Shown here piece by piece: positions 8,256 to 15,306 of a stretch of DNA of 15,306 nucleotides. The stretch's first letter is position 1. Every line of letters starts with the position of its first letter. Under the pieces are notes generated by a model that was not told the origin of the DNA, did no database searches, and was given only the letters and a program-made list of their open reading frames with translations. Source of the stretch: Candidatus Micrarchaeota archaeon. GTDB taxonomy: Archaea > Micrarchaeota > Micrarchaeia > Norongarragalinales > UBA8480. The translations under genes were made by a program, and so were the position numbers. The DNA lies in NCBI GenBank assembly GCA_043805855.1, contig JAZDHP010000055.1, positions 1-15,306 on the forward strand, given 5' to 3'.

Positions 8256-8277
8256 AAAGTCGACTTTAAATATTAAA
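8256..8277. promoter_or_regulatory. Bidirectional TATA region between pfdB and the membrane-protein gene, with 12-bp palindrome AAAGTCGACTTT
   Basis: 53-nt divergent gap. TTTAAATA (+, 8265-8272) is 23-30 nt before ATG 8295. TTTAATAT (-, 8277-8270) is about 29-36 nt before ATG 8241. Perfect palindrome at 8256-8267. Confidence 0.5.
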
Positions 8278-8294
8278 AAGCCATTACCCTTTGC

Positions 8295-8816
8295 ATGGAC
8301 TCGGTAATTTCAACAACTTTAGTTTCAATGAACCTTTGGATTTTTCTCCTGTTACTTTCAATTGGCGTACTTTGGGTTTTGATCGACCGCTTTAAACCAA
8401 CAAAAGAAAAACTCAAGCAAATGCTCAAAATGGGCTTGTTCCTAGCTGTGTTTGACCTTATTTTCGAAACAATTGGGCTACAGTTTGGCTTTTGGCAAGC
8501 CACTAATTCGCTGTTCATGCTTGGGCCAGCTGTTCCAATTGAAGTTTTTCTCATTGCAACTTGTGCAGGTGCTGCGCTTAATTTAATTTACCCGAAGTTT
8601 TCGCTTGAAAACGCTCTACCGCGCGCGTTTCTAATTGGCGGTATTGGCACTTTCATTGAAGCTATGCTAGTAAGTGTTGGGAACTTAGTTTACCTTGGCG
8701 GGTGGACTGCGTACCACGCGTTTGTCGCTTACTTCCTAGTGTTCTTCTTCTTGCACTACGCTAACACTGCGTTGTTTACAAATGTACCAAAAGCAGCGAA
8801 GAAGAATAAACGTTAA
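8295..8816 (+). CDS. Integral membrane protein of unknown function (about 5 TM helices)
   Basis: Multiple hydrophobic segments, a basic C-terminus (KAAKKNKR), and two related segments FDLIFETIGLQFGFW and GTFIEAMLVSVGNLVY. Confidence 0.75.
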   Translation: MDSVISTTLVSMNLWIFLLLLSIGVLWVLIDRFKPTKEKLKQMLKMGLFLAVFDLIFETIGLQFGFWQATNSLFMLGPAVPIEVFLIATCAGAALNLIYPKFSLENALPRAFLIGGIGTFIEAMLVSVGNLVYLGGWTAYHAFVAYFLVFFFLHYANTALFTNVPKAAKKNKR

Positions 8817-8835
8817 GTTTTGATGCAATTGGCGA

Positions 8836-11800
8836 TTAATGAAGAGTTCCTTTAATTATCATAATCTTGTTTATTGATTTTACGTCGTCGTGTTTTATTA
8901 TAATGGTTGTCTTTTTGGCTTTCCTCTTTTTGTTTTTCTTCTTTTTGCCATTCTTATTCTTTTTAGCTTTTTTATTTGAAGTTTTTTCTACTTCAATTAT
9001 CCATCCACTAATGTTACTGCCTTCTAAAATCGCGTCTTTAACTTTGCCTACGTAGTCGCCTTCAGTGTTGTAGACTTTCATGTTAACTATGCTGGAAAGG
9101 CGGGTTGAAGGCTTTTCTTTGTACTGGTTTAATGGTTGTTTTAAGAAAGTCATCGTGATTTCTTTGATTTTGTTGAATTTAATTATTAAGATTATCAGCA
9201 TTATGATTAGCGCAATTAGGGATAAGGTTTCTATACTTGAAGTTGAATTTTGAGTATTGTTTGTAAATATTCCTTTTATTGATGAAATGGCGTCGGTTAT
9301 TTTGTTAAACAATGAGCTTACTATACCAAAAATTGAAAATGCGCTTTGGTTTGAATCGTTATTGTTGTTTTCTATTGTAGTGCCGGAGGTGTTTTGGGTT
9401 GCGTTGTTTTTACTTTGTGTTGAACTCGTAGCTTTTTCGTCTTTATCGCAAATGGAATTATTATTTGAATCAAGGCAACAATTTGTATTAAATCGAATGT
9501 AAGGTGGATTGCATATAATTACATTTGCTGCAGTTGCTTGTGCGGTTATTGCGCTTGCGCCAGCTGTACTTCCGCTTGCCACGTAGTTGCTGGCTGAGGG
9601 GCTTACAGCTGGCGCAGAAATTGTGAAAATTTTATATGCACTTGCTTTTTCGGTTAATGACCAAGTACCTATAAGGGTTATTCTTGCGCTGCCGGTGTAA
9701 GTTGTTGAAGGATTTATCGTGTAAGTATTTGTACTAGTTACGCCTACAGTATCGCGTCCAGAATCAAGCAATGCGCCAGTATCTTCTCTAGTTAAGTTCC
9801 AGTTAACTACAATGTCTGTTGTGCCGGTTCCTTGGTTCTCTAAAATCGTTGATATTTGAATCGATGGGGTAGTATCATCTAGGATAGTTATGTTTCTAAT
9901 GTCAAAAGGGCCGCCGGTTAATCTAAAATATTCGCGGTCAATAAAAGAATTGTTGTTCCTTGTAACATTTACAACAAACTGCCATTGTCCAGTTGGAGTT
10001 GTTGGCGTTGTGTAGTTGTAGATGTATCTTCCGGTTCCCAATTGCGTTTGATAGTTAGCGCTATCTACTATTAAATTGTCGCTCGGGTCGTAGAGAGAAA
10101 TTTTAACCGTAGTAGCATTTGCGAAATTTCCATTAATGTCTCTCACTTGAATTTCTGATTCAAGAACTGTGCCAGCTTCTGTTTCTGGAAAAACAATGAC
10201 GTTTGCACTTGTTGAGTTTGTTAGCAAAGTGGTTAATGTCGAATTTATGCTATTTATGGATGTGTTTAGGGAGTTTATGCTGCTGTTTATAGTAGTTATT
10301 TGAGCGTTTATTGAAGTTATGTTAGTGGTTAAGTCTGTTATGTTGAGTGTGTTGTTGCTTACGTCGTTGTATAAGTCGGTTACGTTGTTCCACACGAGGG
10401 TGAGGTTGTTGTTTATGCTTAAAATGTCGGAATTTATTTGTGTAACGTTGCCGCTTAAATTTGTTATATTTATTGCATGTTGATTGACGGTTGTGTTTAT
10501 AGATAAAACGTTATTTTGCAAAGTGATTATGTCGGTTTGTACTGTGGTTATGCTAGCTAAGTTTGACTGTACGGTTGTATTTACGGAGTTTATCGAGGTA
10601 TTTACAGCTATAAGGTCTGTGCGTAAATTCGTTGCGTTTGTTTGTAACGTTGCGACGTCTGTTTGCAAAGTTGAAACTAAACCTTCTAAAGTTACTATTC
10701 TACTGGTTAAATTCGCGGTATCGTAGCTAACTATAATTTGTTTGTTGCTTCCCTGCCAAGCGTTGTTGTACTTGTCTTTCCAAGTTACGTTGAAAGTGTA
10801 AGTTGCTTCGGTATTTGGCAGATAGGCGTACCAAGTTACTGTTTTTGTCTGTGAAGCTGATAAATTTCCCCCTAATTGCGTTTGTGTATATGACGTAAAT
10901 GGAAAACTAAACCCTGCCGGGGTATTTAGAGTGGCGTTTAATTCTTTTACTAAATCAGTTATTACTAAATCTGCGGTTATTTTTATACTTGAACTTGGAA
11001 GCGCGTAAGTTGGGTAAACTTCGTTTTGTGCAGTTGCCGATGGAACTGAAACGGTGAAACTTTGCCAAGCCATTGTGTCGTTTAACTGCCCGTAAGTGTC
11101 ATTTGCATAAACTTTATAGTACCACGTTCCATTTTTTCCAATTTCAAAACTCGCATTGTAAAACGTAGTTGAACCTTCTTGGGACATTGTGTAATTTGTT
11201 AATGCGCCGTCGGAGTTGTTTATTGTAAACCAAATCCAAGAAAGTGCAGAAGAGTCGGTTATGTTTGCTCTCACAGTTGCATTTTCGCCTGATGATAAAG
11301 TTGAAGTAATGGAGTCGCTGGTTATTGACGGAGCGATTGTGTCTTTGTAGAAAGTGACGTTTGTAGAATTAGTATTGCCCATACTGTCGTTACAGTAAAC
11401 TTTCCAAGTGTTGCTACCCTCTATTGATATAATATCTGTAAAGTTATTGCCGGGGGTAACCGCTGTTGAGTTGGTAGCTCCATTGTCTTTGCTGTACCAA
11501 CAGAATCCCGTTTCGCTAGATGTGTAATTTATTCTCGAAATATTGGCTGCGTAGGAGGTGTTTAGCGGATAAAGGATATCTACATTTGGGGGGGCTATAT
11601 CTGAATCATAGCCAATGGTTAGATTTGTTATGTTCCAACCAACGCTAGTGTTTGGCGATGAAGAAATTATGCGGTATTGTATTTTTGTTCCGAGAACGCT
11701 AGTGACGTTGCAATAAGTGGAAGTTGATTGTGTTAAGTCAAGTCCAGTGCATGAATTCCAATCTGTATAAGCTCCGGCGTCTATTGCAGTTCTAGTGTCT

Positions 11801-12768
11801 ATAGATAAGCTAAGTCCATTAGTGTTAAAAGCGCCGTTAATTGTAATGTTCTTAAAAGTACTGCTATTAACCACTAATTCTTGGCTTGTGTAATTTGCGC
11901 TTGTGTTAATGTAAGTATTCCAAGCGTATGAGCTGTTCATCGTTAATATTTCAGCTGCGCTTAAAGCTCTTGTGAATATTCTAGGTTCTGATATATTTCC
12001 ATTAAAAGCTTGTACTTGATAGTAAAATGAATTGTGGCCTATTGTTAGATTTTTCGCTGTCTCGTAAGTTATAGCGCCCGATGCTGCTGCGTGTCCACTT
12101 GCTATTCCATCCACATAAATGGACACGGTAGTGCCATTCCAAACACCAGTTACTAGATGCCATACGTTATTGTTTATATTTACCGCGGCATAAGCGGTAG
12201 TTAAACCAGAGGCAGCTTTACACGCAAAAGTTGGAGCAGCTCCGCCAGTTCCAGACATCCTTATTGCACAACCTTTACCAGAATAAGGGTCATAATCGCC
12301 CATTATCATGTCATATATGCCGGTATTGCTACTTTTTACCCACGCGCTGTATGTCAAGTTGCCAGTTGTTGGCTGAAAATTAGCGTTTTTTATCACTTCC
12401 AATACATCATCTACTCCGTCAAAAGCATAGTAACCTTCGTTAAAAGGACCGCCAGTGCTATTCCATTCTGGCCCATTAAGCTGAGTATCTGTTGCAGTGT
12501 TTGAACCATTTACATCCCGCAAATATCCTTGATTATTGTACAAACTGTTATCCGTTGTTATATTTGTTATTGAATAATTAGTGTTGAAAGTGAAAGATAG
12601 CCTAGCGTCTGAAGTAACTCGCAAAGCATCATTAGTAACATTTTCAGTATTTACAAAAGTGCCACTCGTCCAACTGCTGGAAGTAAATTCGGTAATATTG
12701 TAAGAAAAAGCAAATGGAATGGAACTTAACAAAACGAGCAAGGGCAACAAAAAGACATTAAGTTTCAA
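8836..12768 (-). CDS. Large membrane-anchored surface fibre/adhesin: LamG (ConA-like) head, Ig-like domains, coiled-coil stalk, Cys-rich loop, TM helix, C-terminal PRC-barrel
   Basis: TTG start preceded by GTGGTG; signal peptide (AFS/YN). LamG_3 motifs (YAFDGVDD, LTYSAWVK, WHLVTGVWNGTTVSIYVDG, LTIG, FNGNISEPRIFTRALSAAEI). Ig-like units (D..PP.V.I..P.N; Y.ND..G). Heptad stalk at about 10217-10716; TM LSLIALIIMLIILII; PRC-barrel RLSSIVNMKVYNTEGDYVGKVKDAILE...IIIKHDDVKSINKIMII. Many N-x-S/T sequons. Confidence 0.85.
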   Translation of the reverse strand: MKLNVFLLPLLVLLSSIPFAFSYNITEFTSSSWTSGTFVNTENVTNDALRVTSDARLSFTFNTNYSITNITTDNSLYNNQGYLRDVNGSNTATDTQLNGPEWNSTGGPFNEGYYAFDGVDDVLEVIKNANFQPTTGNLTYSAWVKSSNTGIYDMIMGDYDPYSGKGCAIRMSGTGGAAPTFACKAASGLTTAYAAVNINNNVWHLVTGVWNGTTVSIYVDGIASGHAAASGAITYETAKNLTIGHNSFYYQVQAFNGNISEPRIFTRALSAAEILTMNSSYAWNTYINTSANYTSQELVVNSSTFKNITINGAFNTNGLSLSIDTRTAIDAGAYTDWNSCTGLDLTQSTSTYCNVTSVLGTKIQYRIISSSPNTSVGWNITNLTIGYDSDIAPPNVDILYPLNTSYAANISRINYTSSETGFCWYSKDNGATNSTAVTPGNNFTDIISIEGSNTWKVYCNDSMGNTNSTNVTFYKDTIAPSITSDSITSTLSSGENATVRANITDSSALSWIWFTINNSDGALTNYTMSQEGSTTFYNASFEIGKNGTWYYKVYANDTYGQLNDTMAWQSFTVSVPSATAQNEVYPTYALPSSSIKITADLVITDLVKELNATLNTPAGFSFPFTSYTQTQLGGNLSASQTKTVTWYAYLPNTEATYTFNVTWKDKYNNAWQGSNKQIIVSYDTANLTSRIVTLEGLVSTLQTDVATLQTNATNLRTDLIAVNTSINSVNTTVQSNLASITTVQTDIITLQNNVLSINTTVNQHAINITNLSGNVTQINSDILSINNNLTLVWNNVTDLYNDVSNNTLNITDLTTNITSINAQITTINSSINSLNTSINSINSTLTTLLTNSTSANVIVFPETEAGTVLESEIQVRDINGNFANATTVKISLYDPSDNLIVDSANYQTQLGTGRYIYNYTTPTTPTGQWQFVVNVTRNNNSFIDREYFRLTGGPFDIRNITILDDTTPSIQISTILENQGTGTTDIVVNWNLTREDTGALLDSGRDTVGVTSTNTYTINPSTTYTGSARITLIGTWSLTEKASAYKIFTISAPAVSPSASNYVASGSTAGASAITAQATAANVIICNPPYIRFNTNCCLDSNNNSICDKDEKATSSTQSKNNATQNTSGTTIENNNNDSNQSAFSIFGIVSSLFNKITDAISSIKGIFTNNTQNSTSSIETLSLIALIIMLIILIIKFNKIKEITMTFLKQPLNQYKEKPSTRLSSIVNMKVYNTEGDYVGKVKDAILEGSNISGWIIEVEKTSNKKAKKNKNGKKKKNKKRKAKKTTIIIKHDDVKSINKIMIIKGTLH

Positions 12769-12828
12769 AGTACACCACGTCTATTATTCTCTCTTTGGTT
12801 GGGTCTAAACTAAGCTACTGTTCTTTAC

Positions 12829-12836
12829 TATAAAAA
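12829..12836 (-). promoter_or_regulatory. Putative TATA box (TTTTTATA) of the 1310-aa gene
   Basis: About 60 nt upstream of TTG 12768; a leader with a GGTG SD-like element is consistent with this. Confidence 0.5.
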
Positions 12837-12869
12837 GGTGTTTATTTGCTCGAAAAAGTCTGGCTAAAA

Positions 12870-13427
12870 TTAACCAGGAACCAGTTGTATAAAGTTGTTT
12901 AGAATTAGCTCTGCGTGGCTTTTTTCAACTAGAACTTCCGGATGAAATTGAACGCCGTAGATTAGTTTAGTTGGGTGTTTCACTGCTTCTACTCCGTTTT
13001 TAGACTTTGCCAGCGTAACGAGTGCAGTAGTTTTTGGCACGACCCAACGGTGACTTTCAAACACTTTGAACTTTTCGGGAAGTTTTTCAAAAAGCGCGTC
13101 GCGAGCAGTAATTGTTATATCGAAAGTGCCTTTGGCTTTGTGGTTAAGTAGTTGTAATTCTTCACCGTAAGCGTGGCTAATTAGTTCAAAACCGAGGCAA
13201 ATTCCCAAGATTGGCTTGTTACAAGTTTTTATCAAGTTAATTTCCGCAGAGTATTGCTTGTCGTGCCCTTCGACGCAAAGCGACGAACCGCCAGAAAGTA
13301 TAACTGCGTCAAAAGAATTGCGGTTTATTTTGCCTAGCTTACGAAAATCAACCAGTTCAATATTTTCTAGCTTATCAATTAATTCAGCTAAGTGCTTTGA
13401 ATGATTGTTCACAACGAGAAGTTGCAT
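12870..13427 (-). CDS. Class I glutamine amidotransferase (GMP synthase subunit A / TrpG-like), stand-alone
   Basis: VILSGG, PILGICLGFELI (nucleophile Cys), FESH, YGVQFHPE (His-Glu). True start is probably ATG 13427 (MQLLVVNNH); the ORF-track extension to 13601 overlaps the divergent gene. Confidence 0.88.
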   Translation of the reverse strand: MQLLVVNNHSKHLAELIDKLENIELVDFRKLGKINRNSFDAVILSGGSSLCVEGHDKQYSAEINLIKTCNKPILGICLGFELISHAYGEELQLLNHKAKGTFDITITARDALFEKLPEKFKVFESHRWVVPKTTALVTLAKSKNGVEAVKHPTKLIYGVQFHPEVLVEKSHAELILNNFIQLVPG

Positions 13428-13449
13428 TTGTACGTTAACAACGCTAGCA

Positions 13450-13459
13450 GTTAAAAATA
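13450..13459. promoter_or_regulatory. Probable shared bidirectional TATA element in a 52-nt divergent gap
   Basis: GTTAAAAATA reads TTAAAAATA (+) 21-29 nt before ATG 13480 and TTTTTAAC (-) 23-30 nt before ATG 13427. Confidence 0.4.
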
Positions 13460-13479
13460 GTTGAGATGTAAATACAATT

Positions 13480-14547
13480 ATGACAATTTCGCGGCGGGAT
13501 TTTTTGAAAGGCGCTAGCGCAGCTTTGTTATTAGCAGCCTGTTCTCCTAAGCTACTAGCAAAACAACCACCTACTTTTTCAGTTCCAACTTCTGAAGGCA
13601 ATAAGAGAATTAAACTCCACTTTCAATTTGGGCCGCATGAAACAAGTTCAGATGCAGAGCAAATAGTGCCTTCTCTTCGAGATTTTAAACCGCACGTTGT
13701 GTGCATTGAAACGGCAGCTTCAACTGAAAGCGATTCGTTACTCATTGAAAATTTATATAATACCTTAGACGCTATAGACTCTGGTGATATTTTTGATTGT
13801 GCTTTTAAACAAGCGCTTTCTAGCCATGCGCCAAATGCAAAAATATTTGTGCTTGAACGTTTCAAAAATGCAAAGGATAGCGACGACATTTATGAAGCAC
13901 ATAACCGAGCTATGCAATTAAAAGATGAATCTATGCTAGCCATGCGTAGAAATCCCAAGCGTGCGCTTGCACTTCATCGTAAGGGACTACAACTTGAAGC
14001 CGAAACTAATGTCGCGCGTGAAAAAGAAGCAAAGCGCGTTTTAAGTGACTTTTATTCGCATTTAATCGCTCGGCATCCGTCGCTTAAAGCAGAAAAAGAG
14101 CTTAGAGTGGTTGTACAATATGGCGCTGCTCATACTGCGCTTTTTGCCAAAGCTAAAAAAATGGGATTTGCAGCTACTTCGCGAACATTAGCTACTCCTG
14201 ATTACTTTCCGCCAAACGTGGCTTTTATCCGCAAGGCTACTTTTGGCTTGCCGTTGAAACTTAGCGACGAAGAGACTGCTCGTTCGCTAGTGAGTGGTAT
14301 TTTGTTTAGCTTAGCTTTAGCGGCAGGGGCAAATTCGGAAAATTCAGCAGCTTTTGGAAATACAGCTGCAAAACTAGTAACTTTAGGTAAATTTGGGCGA
14401 ATATGTGAAGATCTAAAAGACCCGCATCCGTATATTTCTTATACGGAAGCTCTTAGAAGAAATGGATTAGTTGTTCCACAATCTGCTGGAGAAGTTAACA
14501 CTTTCTTACAAAAACGAAGAATTCCTTTAGCTAGGGAAAGAGAGTAG
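13480..14547 (+). CDS. Putative Tat-exported lipoprotein with a TraB/Tiki/GumN (EreA-ChaN-like) metal-binding fold
   Basis: SRRDFLK twin-arginine motif followed by lipobox LAAC. Motifs FGPH...KPHVVCIE...AREKE...VVVQYGAAH parallel TraB-family GTxH...KPDxVCVE...ERD...VVAVVGAGH. Confidence 0.65.
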   Translation: MTISRRDFLKGASAALLLAACSPKLLAKQPPTFSVPTSEGNKRIKLHFQFGPHETSSDAEQIVPSLRDFKPHVVCIETAASTESDSLLIENLYNTLDAIDSGDIFDCAFKQALSSHAPNAKIFVLERFKNAKDSDDIYEAHNRAMQLKDESMLAMRRNPKRALALHRKGLQLEAETNVAREKEAKRVLSDFYSHLIARHPSLKAEKELRVVVQYGAAHTALFAKAKKMGFAATSRTLATPDYFPPNVAFIRKATFGLPLKLSDEETARSLVSGILFSLALAAGANSENSAAFGNTAAKLVTLGKFGRICEDLKDPHPYISYTEALRRNGLVVPQSAGEVNTFLQKRRIPLARERE

Positions 14548-14556
14548 CTGTTGTAG

Positions 14557-14563
14557 CTTTTTT
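14557..14563 (+). terminator. Possible oligo-T terminator between convergent genes
   Basis: T-tract about 10 nt after the TAG at 14547, in a 19-nt convergent gap. Confidence 0.3.
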
Positions 14564-14566
14564 TAG

Positions 14567-14983
14567 TTAGTAAAATGCAAATTCTAGCTTAATTCCGTCT
14601 GGATCTTCAAAATAAAGAGCGTAGTACGTTGGCAGAAACTCGGGGTAATTTTTCGGCTGGTTTGCTACTTTCACTTTTTCTTTCAGCAAGAAGTTATAGA
14701 GTTCGTCAACTGCTTCTTTTGATTGTGCTTTAATGCAAAGGTGGTGGATTCCTGGCGCGTGAAAAACGTATTTTGAAGAAACAGTTGCTTGTTTTATCCA
14801 AATGCCGAAACCTTCTCGTGTTTTCCATGCAGCGCTTTTTTCCTTGTTCGCGATTCGTTCAAGTCCAATTTTTGCGAAAAGTTTAGAGTAAAACCGCTCG
14901 CTAACTAAAAAGTCGCTTACAGCTAGCGTTAAATGTCCAGCTGAGTCAAGCGTCGTTTGTGCTTTTGTTTCGCGTTTGTCCAC
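14567..14983 (-). CDS. VOC (glyoxalase/bleomycin-resistance) family protein
   Basis: GHLTLAVSD...SERFY, GIHHLCI.A.SKEAVD, YYALYFEDPDGIKLEF. GTG start 19 nt downstream of the ahcY stop. Confidence 0.9.
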   Translation of the reverse strand: MDKRETKAQTTLDSAGHLTLAVSDFLVSERFYSKLFAKIGLERIANKEKSAAWKTREGFGIWIKQATVSSKYVFHAPGIHHLCIKAQSKEAVDELYNFLLKEKVKVANQPKNYPEFLPTYYALYFEDPDGIKLEFAFY

Positions 14984-15002
14984 GATGGCTTTTTCGCTCC
15001 GT

Positions 15003-15306
15003 TTAAGTTCCTTCTTTCCATCCGGCTAAGTATTCTTTTTGCGCTGCGGTTAGCTCATCGATGCCGAGGTTATGTGCTTTGGCTTTTAGCGTTGCAACGC
15101 GAACGTCAATATCTCCCGGCACGTCGTAAACTTTCTTTTCGTTAAGTTTATTCGCATTCTTTGCGATATACTCTGCAACAAGCGCCTGATCGGAGAAAGA
15201 CATGTCCATAACTTCACTCGGGTGACCCTCAGCGCACGCTAAGTTAACAAGTCGACCTTGCGCGAGGAGGATTATCTTCCTTCCGTTTTTCAAAGTGTAC
15301 TCTTCA
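15003..15306 (-). CDS. ahcY: Adenosylhomocysteinase, C-terminal part (5' end outside the window)
   Basis: [42 protein letters not shown]...VYDVP..ID..VA.LK...[19 protein letters not shown] and GHP..VMD.SF are AhcY signatures; the W.EGT ending is typical of the archaeal-type enzyme. Confidence 0.96.
   Translation of the reverse strand, partial: EEYTLKNGRKIILLAQGRLVNLACAEGHPSEVMDMSFSDQALVAEYIAKNANKLNEKKVYDVPGDIDVRVATLKAKAHNLGIDELTAAQKEYLAGWKEGT

Noticed and set aside
13428..13601. N-terminal extension of the GATase ORF
   Set aside because: It overlaps the divergent Tat-lipoprotein gene antisense; the domain begins at ATG 13427.
6212..15145. Remaining short opposite-strand ORFs (e.g. 6699..7103, 8273..8554, 8867..9055, 10484..10726, 13623..13889, 14957..15145)
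   Set aside because: All lie antisense to well-supported genes and carry no recognisable motifs.
1..15306. CRISPR array, tRNA/rRNA, IS element or provirus (the coiled-coil fibre could suggest a viral tail fibre)
   Set aside because: Intergenic gaps are short with no spaced repeats or cloverleafs, and there is no integrase, transposase or capsid gene. The fibre has a signal peptide and TM anchor and sits among housekeeping genes.

Overview
Chromosomal window from an archaeon, most likely DPANN (Micrarchaeota-like). This assignment is an inference from the archaeal-type AsnRS, the prefoldin beta subunit, an AhcY ending in WKEGT, TATA-box promoters and a tandem double-Lrp regulator. Housekeeping and metabolic genes are asnS (partial, missed by the ORF track), a DHH phosphoesterase, an SDR, pfdB, a class I glutamine amidotransferase, a VOC protein and ahcY (partial). 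They are interspersed with cell-surface genes. The first is a 1246-aa secreted protein with an FN3-like domain, nine tandem Ig-like repeats and an aromatic-rich C-terminal domain, divergent from the double-Lrp gene. The second is a 1310-aa membrane-anchored, probably trimeric fibre/adhesin: LamG head, Ig-like domains, 23-heptad coiled-coil stalk, Cys/Ca loop, TM helix, and a cytoplasmic PRC-barrel, the fold of the archaeal CdpB division proteins. The third is a Tat-lipoprotein with TraB/Tiki-type metal motifs. The best candidate for a new system is the adhesin-PRC-barrel fusion. I saw no RNA genes, CRISPR array, mobile element or reverse transcriptase. All domain calls come from motif recognition by eye, not database searches.
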